From Syncephalis fuscata S228 (Eukaryota; Fungi; Zoopagomycota): a DNA stretch of 64,000 nt. The notes under the pieces were generated by a model. The model did no database searches. It had not been told where the DNA came from and saw only the letters and a list, made by a program, of their open reading frames with translations. The position numbers and the translations under genes are program-made. The stretch lies in assembly GCA_025786725.1 (NCBI GenBank), contig JAHLTZ010000014.1, positions 372,001 to 436,000 of the forward strand, in the 5' to 3' direction. Below, piece after piece: positions 1-14,556 of this stretch; the stretch's first letter is position 1, and each line of letters starts with the position of its first letter.

Positions 1-620
1 ATCCACAAGGGTATGCCACACAAATTCTACCATGGGTAAGTGTTATAATTGTAACTGTAGCTAGTAGGATGCGATAAAAGTCAAATGGACTGTATACTGC
101 GCCACTATTGAATAGTGTTTGTTAATCAAAATACGAAATATTATTATTGATTAACAAACTATTTAAGTAATTGATCAAGCAATTAAGCAATAATGAAACG
201 ATTTACTAATTCTATGACTATAGTCGCACTGGTGTCGTCTACAATGTGACCAAGTCGGCTGTCGGCATCATTGTTAACAAGCGCGTTGGTGGTCGTTTCC
301 TCGAGAAGCGCGTCAACATCCGCATTGAGCACATCAGACACTCCAAGTGCCGCGATGACTTCCTTCGTCGTGTTAAGGAGAACGCCGCCGCTAAGGCCGC
401 CGCCAAGGCTGCTGGCGTCAAGGTTAACGTCAAGCGCCAGCCCGCCCAGCCACGCGAGGCTCGCTTTGTCTCTGGTAACCACACCAGCCCAATCACTGTT
501 GCTCCAATCCCATACGAGAGTAAGTAATGTCGATAATGACTGAAAGCATTGTAATTTGATTTAACTAACCATAACTGTTTTATTTGTTTATTTATTTGTT
601 ATATTTAGCCCTTTTGTAAG
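1..620 (+). CDS. RPL21: 60S ribosomal protein L21 (eL21), 5' end outside window; exons 1-35, 224-520 and a short last exon ~610-620
   Basis: [12 protein letters not shown]|[43 protein letters not shown] is the conserved eL21 core; GT..AG introns. Confidence 0.97.
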
Positions 621-849
621 CGGTTGTATGTTTGACAGCGCAGATCATTTGATAAACCGCATTTACTGTGGACATTTTATTAAACAAGTGCAAACAACAT
701 GATGTTTATGTGTATATATATATGTATGTGTGTGTGTGTATGTGTGTGGATGCAAACAATAGCAAATTAGCACGCATGAATCTATCTATTTATCTATTTA
801 TCTATTTATATAGATATACACGGGAAAGAAGTGGTCAGTATATAGACAT

Positions 850-3557
850 TCATGGATAAGTAGCGGATAATTGCTGTAAACGACGGGCAATATTATCGCG
901 TTTTTTAAATAAACCGCGTGCATGAAATAGGATACATTGAAGATAGAGTGCTTCATTAAGCATATCGCGATCATCTAATATTGTAAATACTGCAAAAATA
1001 ATAAGTACTTTTGTTTCTTTTTTCTTTATACGTATTTATCATTATTATAATTTATTTTACCTTTTTGTGCTCGTTCCAATAATCCACCGGCAGTAATTAA
1101 TGCTTTGTTGAAATCGGATGTTGTATCGGCTGTTTTAGACGGCGACAATGCTGTGCCATTGCTATTATCGTGATCAATTCCTGCACACGATAACAACAAA
1201 CGTGCTTCCACCAGATAGAAAAGCCCCAAGGTTGATTGATCGGTCGATTGTGCACACTAATGAATCGATGGTTATATATTATAGCTGTTATATTGGAATG
1301 GCTATTTAAGATTGAATCAATACAAACACGACTTACCTCAGCAGCGATATCTTGAACCATGCGAGCAACCACTGTTTGATTGCCCATGCCCATAAGATTA
1401 AGAGAAAGACAAATAGAAAGTGTAAAACTAAGTAGATTGCCTGGTAGATTGACTGTGTGTGCCGGCACTTGATGGTATAGCTGGTGACATAGAGCGATCT
1501 CTGGTACACTTGCTTTCTACTATATTGATTAATACTGTTTGTTCAAATCGTATATAGCTATTGTTATTTTAATAGTACCTGGAAACAAGCAGCTACTTGT
1601 GCTTGCCATATACGTTGGGCATTTGGCAGTTGAAGATGTGCCAAGTTTGTTGGATTAGGATTAGCACACTATTAATTGTATAATTATTTATAAAGCCAAT
1701 TAATATACCATAAAGGGTATGCATTCTTCAGTTCAACACTTACTTCGTGTAGACGACCCAGTTCAAATGCCAACTGGTTAATGACTAATGGTATGATGCT
1801 TTCACGTTCTATCGATGAATGTGTCGGATCTTTGTAAAATGATATGTATAATTGGATACACTGAGCTATTAATTGCTCCCATGATAGATTCTACGTGACA
1901 CTGATAGTTAGCTTATTTAAACAGCTATAATCATAATATATTACCTCGGGTGCATTTTGTATACACTGACGTAACCAGTATTTTAAATTGTACGAATGAT
2001 CAGTATTACCAACTACATTATAATTGGGATTGGGATTACTGTTATATAGTAATGTAATAAAATAAATTACCATTTTGATTTGATGAATTATTAAATGCTG
2101 ACATGTGAGACTAGAATTATTATTATTATTAATGACAATAGTATACAGAATAGTAATAATAATAACTTACACGAGGTGGATACAAATAATCAACATTTGG
2201 TTCAGGAAGATTGGTCAATAATGTTTGTGCTCTAAAGTCAATATATCAACATTATTATTATTATTATTCATTGTTGTAAATACGTAATAATTATTACTTA
2301 CTTTTCAGCCAAATGTAATCCTTCTTCATCATGATTGTCTCTAAATACCATTGTTGCTTCCTACATATTATTTATATAGTCTATTTATTCAAATACTGTT
2401 TGGCTTATTATATTACCTTTAGCATAGCCGCTCCATTAGATTGGCATAGAGCAACGTTAAGAGCAGCAATGGCATACCAGCTATTAATTCATTTATTCAT
2501 TCAGTGGAGTAATTACAAATATGCCATAATAATCACCTGCCAAATCGCCAATGATCATAGTCAAAATAACGATAAAATATATCAGCAGCACCGTAATAAT
2601 CCCTCCGTTGAAGCAGACCTAACACAGCTTTGGCCATGACTTTACCTGTAGGTTTTGACGTGATTTTTGATTCATCCTGACTTAAACTAGCTGGGCTATT
2701 AATCGAATGGATTTTAATGATGATGATTATTACTATGACTGTATTCTATCTTTTCATACCTTGTTAGTCCTAAAAGTTCATCAGGTAATTTGGCAATATT
2801 CTGAAGTAGATAGGATATGCCATGGATGGTAAGATGACGGTACTCGGTAGTGAGATAAAGTGCAAAACTTCCTAAAGGACTGCGCTGATGCTATCCACAC
2901 AGTAGTTGATGTCAAATATCATAATGGTTATTGTTGTACTCTATCGTATCTACGCTACACTTGCCAATAACTAATTTTGATACAAGAAATTAATATTAAA
3001 CATAATCAAATGACTTCAATCTATATTACCTGATGAGGGACTCCGCCAAAGATTTCTACAGTTTCGCGGCTTATTGGACAAATAGGTGATATGGGTATCA
3101 ATATGCCAATTGCTTATAATGGCCAATATTAGTTTATGGATCAAATGTATTAATTACAATAACTATACGCTCACTTCTGTTATATACCTACCTTCAATAA
3201 GTTTATCAAGCTCAAACGGACTCTTAAGACGTTCAAACTTTAGGATATTCGTTAGCTATAGTTTATAGTGCCTATAGATTCATTCTCTACCTGTTCCAAT
3301 ATTTCTGTCTTTAATTCTTGCCCATGCATTAGCTTTCCCAATTTTCGCCATAATTTGACTGAATTATACTGTTCGTCATGAGCCTCCTAGAACATAGTAT
3401 ATTTACTATGAACACACAATTAATAACTAACGTAGTAACTTACCGCTACTTCTTCAATAAGAATACTGAATAGCTCGGGATCACGTGTAGCCACAGTTGA
3501 TTTCCAACCGTACACGGAGAGCAGTGTGCTCAGTACAATTTGGTGACAAGTTAACAT
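850..3557 (-). CDS. APC5: Anaphase-promoting complex subunit 5, multi-exon
   Basis: Manual splicing gives N-terminal MLTCHQIVLSTLLSVY and APC5-like motifs RDYYGAADIFYRYFDY and YAIAALNVAL; C-terminal DMLNEALYLQCILFHARG. Confidence 0.75.
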
Positions 3558-4328
3558 TATCAAACAATAAAAAGCGTTTATACGTGTGTGTGTTTTGTTT
3601 TGTCCATAAAACTATTGATGTGGTCTAATGTTTACTTGATCGATATAAAGACTTGACTCATTATAGATTACACGCTTGATTCGATGCTCTTTAATTCTAC
3701 TTTTTTGTACTGAAGAACTTTAATAAATACAGTTAGGACTAAATACAGCGGTTTTGAATATGGTGCAATTAGTATATAATAAAACGATACACAATATTAT
3801 AAATATACAATAAGAAATAGCGATCATTAGTATTAAAGTTGTGGTATATATAATTCAATGAATGAGCTGAGAAAAGTATATTAAAACATATAACGAATGT
3901 GCTGTGTTTATTATATTATAGAATAATATATAGCAAAGTAACACAAACATGCCAATAATTAAACCTTTATTACATATAATGACTGGTGGTCAGCAGTAAA
4001 GCAATCTAAGCACAACTGGTGTGTTCAAGATATCAGTCTCAATAATATGGCCAATCTGTTGATCTAGTATCAATTAGTTGGATATTCCGCAAAAGGCAAT
4101 ATCTTTTACAACCAGCATTTGACCTATTCGTAAATTCTAATGGATGTTTCAGCTAATGCAGTTTTCGACTAGTTGTGACAATGTACTACCAACGAGTTGC
4201 ATTGAGGTGCATCTATTCAGCCGTGCATGCATTTAATACCGCATGGCTTATTTATAAAACGGCCCTGATTTACCACCAACTTCCTATTTTCCTATCAAAT
4301 CATCTTATTTCATATCTATCTACTCACT

Positions 4329-5054
4329 ATGTTTTTTTCGTTGAAAACAATTATTCCACTCTTAGCCATTGTGGGTGCAGCCATGGCACAGACATCAAAT
4401 ACCAACAGTACCATGCTCACCAAATTCATAATTTCAGATCTTTCAGATAGCTGTAGAAAAGCGATAAACAGCACTGATGTAGTACCGGAGTGCTTTGAGT
4501 CTTTACCAAATGCCCAAAAGTCTGGTTCATTCAAATCCGTTTGTGAGGCACCTATCGACGGTGCCACCAATCATATTTGCACAAATGATCAAGTTAGTAA
4601 GGTACTCGATACGCTTGAGAACTCGTGCAAAGACGAGTTGGAGAAAAATTGGACGTCAATCCTTGCAGCTTACTACCAATGGCTGATCTACCCACTAAAC
4701 GTAGAGATTACTTGCACAAAAGATACCGATGGCTCGTATTGCATTGAAAAACTGAACAATGCTACTGAAGCGGAGCAATGCCAAAAATGTGGGCGTTCTG
4801 TTACTGAATTAGCACTCAAGTGGAAACCTATTCGCTCACCCTCGTTTATTAAAGAGATGCTTGATAAACAAAAGGAATCCATTAATAAGGCGGCAGAAAT
4901 GTGCAATATCACTGTCAGCAATGCATCGTCTTCATCTACAGGCTCCAATGGTTCCTCATCCTCATTTACAGGATCCAGCCACTATATCTTCAGTGCTGCT
5001 ACGATTGGATCGACGGCCTTTGTTGTAGTTAGTGCAATGTTATTTAATATTTAG
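4329..5054 (+). CDS. Secreted 10-Cys protein with Ser-rich stalk and GPI-type tail (family member 1)
   Basis: Intronless 241 aa; signal peptide, 10 Cys, Ser-rich region, hydrophobic C-terminus; homologous to 54114 and 56145. Confidence 0.9.
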   Translation: MFFSLKTIIPLLAIVGAAMAQTSNTNSTMLTKFIISDLSDSCRKAINSTDVVPECFESLPNAQKSGSFKSVCEAPIDGATNHICTNDQVSKVLDTLENSCKDELEKNWTSILAAYYQWLIYPLNVEITCTKDTDGSYCIEKLNNATEAEQCQKCGRSVTELALKWKPIRSPSFIKEMLDKQKESINKAAEMCNITVSNASSSSTGSNGSSSSFTGSSHYIFSAATIGSTAFVVVSAMLFNI

Positions 5055-6135
5055 CTTTTTAATAAGTTAAACTGCTGTGTTCTATTTTTGATATGACTGC
5101 TATCGAAGATATTACCCAGTATAAAATGTATACTCAGTTTTACTATTTCGTTTGTTTCTATTTCTATTAAAAACATATCTATAAACTATGGTTCCAAATG
5201 TCTTTTTTAATTCGTTCTGCTGTGCTCATTATTTACAAATAGTATGTTTTATGGTATATCGGTGTTACCATTGTATATTCAAATAAACATTGTAGTTCGA
5301 AATCACTAGATATGCGCATACTAATATCTGTACGTTTGTTGCATGCAATTGGCCAATTCAAGTTAGTTTTGATAGCATCAACGATTGAGCCGAATATTTT
5401 ATTATTAGAAATGCTATTGTGGTCATATCAAAAGCAATAGTATTTTTAGACAAGTTGTTTGTAAGTTAAACAAGCTATTCATTCATGTAACTATAATGTG
5501 GTGTTAAATCGAATGCATGGAAATCCATCAGTGTAACTTTATTGTTAAGAAACTATAGCTGGTTTATGCAAAACAGTGTCCATCTGTAAAAAGTGCAAAT
5601 CTAGTGCACTAGTCTTGCTGTTGTATCGACGTTAGGAAGTGTCTGAAATGCACGCAGATACTAGGATTGAGTTTGTTGGCGAAAACAGCAACAAAGACAT
5701 AGCAGTACATTAGCACTGTTGTTGTAGAACCAATAGATTTAGTTTGCATCGTATAAGCGAGTTGTGTAATAATACAGTACGCATTAATGGATGGATTTTA
5801 CTACATATTTACTGGATGATAATACTATCGCGTCATCTATCTAATTGTCGAGCCAATTGAAGCAAAATTATGTTACATGCTATCACATCATCGATATGTT
5901 GGTATAAGTATGATTTAAGCCATCATGTGAGCATGTTGTTGCTGACTCGCATTGCACGTTAATGATATAAAATATAAAAAACAGTATATTGGTATTTCTG
6001 CATAATTATATGTTTAAATAGACTATAAATGTACACAGCTAACCAGTGGTACCAGCATCACACTCTGCTGCCTACCCATTACTACCGCACTCTGTTGTCT
6101 GCTCTATTTGCTTGTCTTCATAAATCAATATCAAT

Positions 6136-6705
6136 ACGAAGCTTTCTATTGCCATTGACTGCTCCATCATCATGGCCTTTATGGTCAATACAGCCATTGT
6201 GGATACTAAGTCAGTTCTAGCCCTTTGTAGTATGTTATAATTATGATTGAAATAACTAGCTATTTATTAACTAACGTTTTATATAAATCTAACGTTGCTA
6301 GCTCATAAGCTGTATTGTATATTAGTTTGTTATGTGATATTTAGTTTGTTATGCTTTTAATACCCTGTATTAACAGTTAGCAAGTAACTTGTTAGATTAA
6401 TCAGCTATGTGCTAAATACATGTTATACATCATTATGTTTAATGATTTCTACCAACAAGTCGTAAATGCAATTGTATATTAATTAAACATGCATTAATTA
6501 CAAGCTATAGACCATGTATGTTTAATAATTTGTATAATAGTTGGTAAGTGGCATTGTATATCAACCAACTATCCACTAAACATATACCATATAGTTCATG
6601 CGCTTAATAACAATATAAGAGGCTGTAAGTGGTATTGCATGCTACGGTTCATACGTTAATTATGTAAAATACGCTGTACATATTTATAAATACAGTCTAA
6701 TAGAG
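6136..6705 (+). pseudogene. Micro-exon secreted-peptide gene, copy A (decayed)
   Basis: 94-nt exon 1 (6136-6229; ACG in place of ATG; xKLSIAIDCSIIMAFMVNTAIVDTK) ending at a GTATGT donor; 3-nt units CTC 6302, TTA 6377, GTC 6459, TTG 6541, GCT 6622, some with mutated splice sites; homologous to copies B and C. Confidence 0.75.
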
Positions 6706-7169
6706 TCTCCTAAGACATTGCCAATGCCAATGTGATTGGACTGCTACTTTGATATATTTTATGTATACGTTCAGCAGCAAGCAAGACCATTTGGCAACTG
6801 CCATTTATTCTGTTTACATTTATTTGCAATCATGCCATAAAAATTCTTTAAATTATCACCATCATACAGTTAGAGCGCTATTATATCAGCATTAGCATAA
6901 TAACGGTCCTTAGTTTTCAGTAACTGAACAGCACATTCTGCTATTTACATTATTGTTAAACATTGCGCACTTGGCACATTTACATCGTTAAATATGCTAA
7001 TATCTAGCTTGAGTAATTAATAAGTTAGCTATTGAGTGAAATCAATGCGTGCAATTGTTAATAATATTTAATTTTAATAAATTAAATTGATTACTATCAA
7101 TTAAAATTTTTTTAAAAAAAACTATTTAATCTTTTTTTCTTCTTTTACAACATATTTGTGTCATTAGCC

Positions 7170-10100
7170 ATGGTGTCCAGAACAAAAAAAGTTCGTACTG
7201 CAACGAATAAGGTTGGAGAAGAGGGAAATGCACCTGCCGAGCAGCATACCTCGCTATTCCAGCCGTTTAGAGCGATTGGTTATGTTACTCGTGACATTCC
7301 ATTCAGTCTACAGGCACGCGGGCAAACTTACTTTATGACAACATGTCTCGATCGCAGTTTCCAAATCTATAATGTAAGTTTATTGTAAGACAGCTAGCTT
7401 TATATTGACCATTGAATCTAACCACTCGTTGAATTAGTGCGATAAACTAATTACTGTGCTTGTTGGTAAATATAAACCCATCCCATATACTACTTTATTT
7501 GTAGATATTAACAGTAGCTCAATTGGATAGGTCCTACTATTGACCAGCCCATTAGCTGTGTTGCTGCTCAGAACGACTTTACTTTTGTTGGATGCAATTC
7601 TAGCATATTGGTATACGAAAGAGTTAGCCAGGTAAGTACTATTATAAATTGCTGATTTTTAATGTACTTGCAGTATTCCTAACAAATATCATACGAATAG
7701 GTCAAACAGCTTGAAATTCCTTCAAAGGCCGAAGTACGCCAATTGCTACCATTTGGTGATTTTCTAGTTGGTATTTATGCTGATAATGTAGTGAGAACCT
7801 GGAAACTCAGTGAAGATCGTAAGTGACATACTACAACAATATTGTTTAAATGATTAAATATTGTTGTGTATTGTAGAGATCATATCTGAACTGTCATTTG
7901 ATCGACGTGAATTTGCCATTTCAACAATTATTCATCCAAGTACTTATTTGAACAAGTTACTTTTGGCCAGTGAGCAAGGTGGCATGGAACTCTGGAATAT
8001 TGCTACCGGGTAAGTGTTTATCATTTAACTATTATACTACTTACACTGCCGTACAGAAAGCTCGTTTATAAGTTTAAATCGTTTAATGCTGGTATTACCT
8101 GTCTTGCACAATCGCCAGTAGTTGACGTTGTAGCCATTGGTATGGATGATGGTACAACACTGCTACACAATGCACGTCTTGATGAATCGGTTCTTTCGGT
8201 CAAACAAGAGGGCCGTGTTACTAGCATTGCTTTCCGTACAGGTATGTACACACTAGATAGCCATAGTAATACTGCAATCATATACTTATAATGACTACAG
8301 ACGAGGCACAAATGATGGCTATTGGTAATGCCACCGGCGATATTACGCTATGGGATTTGGAGCATCGCCGACTTGTTCACACAATGGCTGATGTGCATGA
8401 CGGTCAAGTACATCTTCAATTTCTTAATGGACAGCCAATTCTTATGTCAACCGGTATTAATTCAATTAAGGTAAGACAATGAAGTTTATTGCTTAATACC
8501 GTTCACTTATTCTAATGATAGCAATGGATCTTTGACGGACCTGAAGATGCCGCACCTCGTCTACTAAGATCCCGAGGTGGCCATAGTCTTCCACCAACAC
8601 TAATTAGATCCTATGACACTGATGGCAATTTCATTCTATCGGCCAGTAAAGATCGTTCACTACGTGTGCTATCTACACGTCGTGACCGACAATGCACCGA
8701 ATTGTCACAAGGTAATACTTTTATGTATCCAATACATCTACCAACAGCCACTAATATATAAAAATAGGTTCAGTTACTAAGAATGCCCAACGGTTAAACA
8801 CCAAGACAGAGGAATTGAAGTTAACACCAGTCATTGCCCTTGATACTTGTAAGCACTATTAGTATAATGGATGATATAAATGAGTGATTAACATATATTG
8901 CTACAATCTAGGTGAACTCAAACAGCACCACTGGGACAATATTGTCACTGCTCATTTGAATGGTCAAGAGGCACATTCGTGGTCATTCCAACGACGAGCC
9001 ATTGGACAGCACCGATTCCAGACCCGTGATCAGTCCTCCATTAAGGTAGCGTGTTGTAGTTAGTCGATATAATTATAGTAACTGATGCTTTAATGGTCTA
9101 TATATTATAGTCGGTCACATTAAGTGCTTGTGGTAATTTTGTCTTCTTTGGTTTGACTTCCGGTGCCATTGAGATGTACAATACACAATCCGGTATATTC
9201 CGACGAGCATTGACCGGTGATCATGGTAAGTGTTGGTGTAATACAAGATTATTTGAGCAAATGGCATAACTATTTAATAATAGGCCATAAGAAATCAGTC
9301 ACAAGTATTGCTTCTGATTCCATCAATCATTCAATTTATTCAACTTCATTGGATGGCACAGTTAAGGTAGTTGGCAATGGTATCAACCTAATCGTATGTT
9401 TTGCTAATTGTTATTATTCTGCCTCAATAGTTCTGGTCATTTAGTACGGGTGAACTACAGTATACATTACCTATCGAATCGCCCATTACTGGCATGTGTA
9501 TCAATCGCGAAAATGAACTGTTGGTCATTGCTTCAGACGATCTATGTCTAAGAGTTATTGATGCACAGACCCGCCGTGTTGTACGAGAATTCCACGGCCA
9601 TACGAATCGTATCACCGATTTTGTAAGTATTTACATTGTTTATAACCATTAACACTGACATTAATATTATTAATGTAGGTATTTTCTCCCGATGGTCGCT
9701 GGATTGTATCGGCATCATTGGATGGCACTATACGTACATGGGATCTATCAACAGGTCATCTAATTGACTGGTTTGCCACCGAACAGGTATGTGTCAGTCT
9801 AGCATTTATGCCAGACAGTGCAATGTTAGCCACAGCACATGTTGATCACCTTGGCGTCTTTTTATGGTAAGTAATTATTTTATTTTAATTAGATTTAGCT
9901 AATAACTATTGATAATGATAATAAAGGGCAAATCGGGCACATTATATGAACATACCATTGCGCCGTATTCCTGCCTCAGAGCCATGCCGACTTCAATTGC
10001 CAAGTGTATCAAGTTCATTGGCCGAAGCAGGTAATTAGAACATTATACTGCATAAACAGTTTGATAAGCAATTGACTGACTAGAAATATAATATAGATCA

Positions 10101-10999
10101 GCCTGAATACTTGCCAATAACATCTGACACAAGTATTGGCTATGTGACGCCTGAACAGCTTGTATCTGATATGGTCACGCTATCAAGTGTACCACAATCA
10201 ATCTGGCAACGCCTATTACATTTGGATACCATTAAAGTAAATATATCATAGATTCAATGTTATTACTAGATACTTATTTATTGATTTAGAAACGAAATAG
10301 GCCAAAGCAGCCGGTCAAGGCGCCTAAAAGCACACCATTTTTCCTACAAACCGAGCTTGATGAAACTGGCCCACGGTTTGTTCCAACACAATCTGTTGAT
10401 GATAATGAGACATCATCGAATGTACTTCGACTAGGCCATCTTCAGCCAACCACCGAGTTGGGCCATTTATTACGTCAGGCTGAGGAATCCAATTCTATTA
10501 CATGTAAGTTGTGTTATTGGTAATATTATTATGACAAATTAACTAATTAAATATTGATTTATTATAATGCATTTTATTCATTAACTCGTACTTCCATTTA
10601 CACATACACACCACACACACGCACGCTAATAATGTAATAACCATAACAACAAACAAACACTATTTAGATACAGCGGCCATAGAACATCTTCAAGGACTTA
10701 ATCCATCAGGTGTAGATTTCGCCATTCGATCTCTTAGTCCAATGGATGACTGCAAAGAATTGGAACTATTTCTTGCGGCTATTCATGAACAAATGCAAGC
10801 TAAAAGAAACTTTGACGCACTCGAGGCATATCTTAATGTATTTCTCAAGATCCATTCCGATCTTGTATTGGTTTCGGATTCATTATCCATACAATTACAA
10901 AAAATCAAATCGCTACGCGAGGCAGAATGGTCACAAATCGAAGATCTATTTCAGAATGCCTTGTGTCTAGTGGATTTTGGACGAAATGTGTTTGCCTAG
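7170..10999 (+). CDS. UTP21: U3 snoRNA-associated protein 21 / WDR36, multi-exon
   Basis: SLFQPFRAIGYVT N-terminus, HPSTYLNKLL, WD40 repeats, C-terminal KRNFDALEAYLNVFLKIH Utp21 motif. Confidence 0.95.
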
Positions 11000-11052
11000 T
11001 AGAAATGACCGTCTAAGCAGTCGTGTTGTCGTTGTCATTGTTGTTACTGCGG

Positions 11053-12639
11053 CTACATATCGTTATCTTCGTTGGTGTCGACTATTTGGATAGAGTTTTT
11101 TGATCGGGCCGTGGCCAGGATTGCTTCGTAGCATAAAAACATAATGGCCGCATTGGGTACAACACGTAGTAGATGTGCGGGCAATCCACCGTAGAGTGCA
11201 GTAAAACCTTCTTCACGCCATATTGTCATAAATGTCGAGGCGAGTCCGTGGTATTTCCGCTGCGAGACTTCTCGTAATCGCGTTCGTACCACCTAAATAA
11301 CCATTAAAATGTCAGTGTCTACTTTATACGTTATATAATGGGAAAAACCTACTTCATGAGGATATGTGCTTAGAGCAGCGCATAGTTTGGCTACTGCTGC
11401 TGCACCTAACATCTCAAGCCAATCTATATTCATTGTCAGCGCAGTATTAGATTAGTATGATGAGTCTATATATTTTACTACTATTCTACTTACGTTCATT
11501 ATTATCAGTGGCAGCCATTGATTCGGCCTTTCTTGCATGACGATCACGTACAAATTTCTTGCATCGTTCATAGAGTACCCACTGTATAGCACCTTCTGTA
11601 ACACCTATTACATGTAGTTACAAGGATAACGGTTAATGATATTATATTCATTCGTAATTATTCTACACTTACCTAGATAGGATGCACTTAGACCGCGGTA
11701 TAAACCACGAATACCTTCATTGCGTACAACTTGTACCACACAATCCAAGCTATTTTTATATGTTCGAGCAGTGGTGGATGAATTACTTGCTTGTAGTTGC
11801 ATTCGTGTTTTGACAAGCCAAATTGGATTGGTTAGAGTTGCCGTGCAAATACCTAGCATAGAACAAATTAGAAAACACGTATGAATATTAGTATATCTAC
11901 TTATTGGTAAATTCGTTACTTACCGGCTGTTGATGCTGCAGTCAAATGAATTAGACTTGATTCTTGACCACCGTTCATATTCGTTAAAAACTGTTTGCCA
12001 TTACCGTAGACGGCAAATTGAATCGCTCTAACAAGAAATAATTAATCTAATTGTATCTTTAATAAAACATTTAATTTATCGTTTACCAACCTTGATGGAA
12101 TCACTCCTACTAAATTGGGCCCTAATCCTTTAAATAATGCGGCAAATCCTTCTTGACGATAAAATGATCTAATATACCACATAAATATTTATACGGCGTA
12201 TAAATCAGATTAAATCCACTTACGTTAATATATGGCCAATATCGACGAATGGTGTTAATGGTCGTATAAGAAATGGTAAACGGCTAACTGTTGCTGTATG
12301 TTTATATAAAGAACTCTATAGAATTACCGTTAATAAACACAAGCATGTAATTCAAGTCATTTATAGCTAGAACAAATGAATTAAAAATAGCTTACCTGCA
12401 TTCGTGTCTTGACTACTTCAAGCGGACACGTTAAAACGGCACCGGCTGTACCGCCCACACTATAAATATACCATTATATCAGCTACTATACATGATTGAA
12501 CTGAACATATCCGTGCCACTTACCCTCCAGCAATGAAATGGAGCCATGGCTGCGGCTGTACCGTCTCTTGTATTTGTAGCCGTCTATTGTCCTTGTTAAG
12601 CATTGCTGCTGGTAAACGTCGATCGGAAAGTGTCGCCAT
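11053..12639 (-). CDS. RIM2: Mitochondrial pyrimidine nucleotide carrier (SLC25A33/36 type)
   Basis: PWLHFIAGG, TCPLEVVKTRMQ, TNPIWLVKTRMQLQ, TYPHEVVRTRLR, LRVVPNAAIMF. Confidence 0.92.
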
Positions 12640-13133
12640 GGCGTAACCGGGAAAAAAAGAAATAACAAACAAATTTGGCGGTATTCATTTATTTTTATTT
12701 TATTTTATACACTGAGACTGTATCGGCCCTATCTTGATATCCTCATAGTAATAATTGTTATTGTTATCACAACATGTTAAATAGATTGCTGATTTATTCA
12801 AACACTTATTACTGTTATTACAATAACCATTACACTAATTAAAATGCTCTGCATAATTAACTAAATATCCACCAATAATGATTAAACAGGTAAAATGGTA
12901 TATTTTATCGTCGATTTGCACAGTGCCAGTCATTAACATCATTCCCCAGTTTACCCACTCAGAACTATTAACCTTTTACAGTCTCAGTAGAATAGAGACA
13001 ATGACCCTGTTCTAACATACTCTCTTTCTACCACCTATCTATCTCTTTCCTTCTATCTCTTTCCTTTCTTTCTGACTCTTGTAGTTTTTTGTTAGTAGCA
13101 GTATCTGCTCATCCGTTCCCTTTCAACCAAGCG

Positions 13134-14484
13134 ATGGCTCGTTGTGACCGAACGCGCGAGTTTCTTCTAACGGTGAACTCACTGCAGAATAGAGTTGCAC
13201 CACGGCATAACTTTGCTGGTGACAATCATCAGCGATTGCGAGAACGCCACTCGCAGTTCAGTGAGCGGGCCTCGGCAATTGCGCGTGATATTCATGGAAC
13301 GGCAGAGAAACTTGAAAAACTTGGCGCATGTAAGTAGAGTAACAATGACAGTGTGTTGATATTAGTTGCTAATATATACATATATATATGTATATATGTA
13401 TGCATAGTGGCCAAGCGTAAAACATTATTTGACGATCGTCCCGTAGAAATCAATGTAAGTGTTTATACTGTTCGTATATTCACTCGATATATGCTTATAC
13501 GACACTTAGGAGTTGACTCAAATAATTAAGCGGGATATTGCTGGCCTTAACGGACAGATTGCTTCATTGCAACAGCAGATGAGAAATGACGCGTCCTCTT
13601 CAACAAATAGCAAGCAAGCATTTGAGCACTCGTCGAATGTTGTTGTATCTTTGCAATCGCGACTGGCTACTGCATCGATGGCATTTAAAGATGTACTTGA
13701 AGTACGCACTGAGGTAATGATACAATGGAATATTGTGTATATTAGATGTATAACTGCTCAATATATTAATACAATATAATATGATTAGAATATGCGAGTG
13801 TCACGCGACCGACGTCAACAGCTTGTTGGAGCGCAAGACGATCAAAGTCAACGTAACCAAGGATATAGTAAGTTAAATGGCCTAACTAGCATAGATTAAA
13901 TAAATACTAAAGGGTATATTAGATGAGTCACCACTATATGCTACCGATCGACGCCCTCCTAACTCGCAGAACCATTATGATAATGGCTATAATACTGGTG
14001 GGGAAAGTGTGGCCATTGATATGCCAGTACAGCAGTTGGATCTTGTAGAACGTCAGGTAGGACAAGTAATATATCTATAAATGGAATGTATTATAACGTC
14101 TAATAATGACGTATATATATATATTGTATAGGATGAATACGTAGAAGGACGAGCTACAGCCATTGAATCCATCGAATCAACTATTGCAGAATTGGGTGGT
14201 ATTTTCCAACAATTGGCCCATATGGTCGCTGAACAACGAGATACAGTACAAAGGTAAATAGCTATTACATAGATATTCAATCAAAGTATCAAACCATTAT
14301 TTTAACTAATTAAATTTATTATTTTAGAATTGAAGCCAATGTCGATGATATGAGTGCCAATATTAGTGGTGCACAACGCGAGCTTTTAAAACTATACGCA
14401 AATGTCACATCCAATCGTTGGCTTATGCTTAAAATATTTATCGTTTTGGTAGTATTTTTCTTGCTTTTTGTAACAGTAATGTAA
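13134..14484 (+). CDS. SED5: Syntaxin-5 (cis-Golgi Qa-SNARE)
   Basis: DRTREF, AKRKTLFDDRPVEI, IESTIAELGGIFQQLA, C-terminal TM after SNRWLMLKIF. Confidence 0.96.
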
Positions 14485-14504
14485 TGCAGTATTTATACGC
14501 ATTA

Positions 14505-14509
14505 ATACA

Positions 14510-14556
<47 letters not shown>
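14505..14556. repeat. (ATAC)n/(AT)n microsatellite
   Basis: Directly visible tandem ATAC followed by AT. Confidence 0.9.

Noticed and set aside
183-496. Antisense ORFs over RPL21, and similar shadows over ERG13, the subtilisin and the trypsins
   Set aside because: Expected by-products of codon bias on the opposite strand of real genes.
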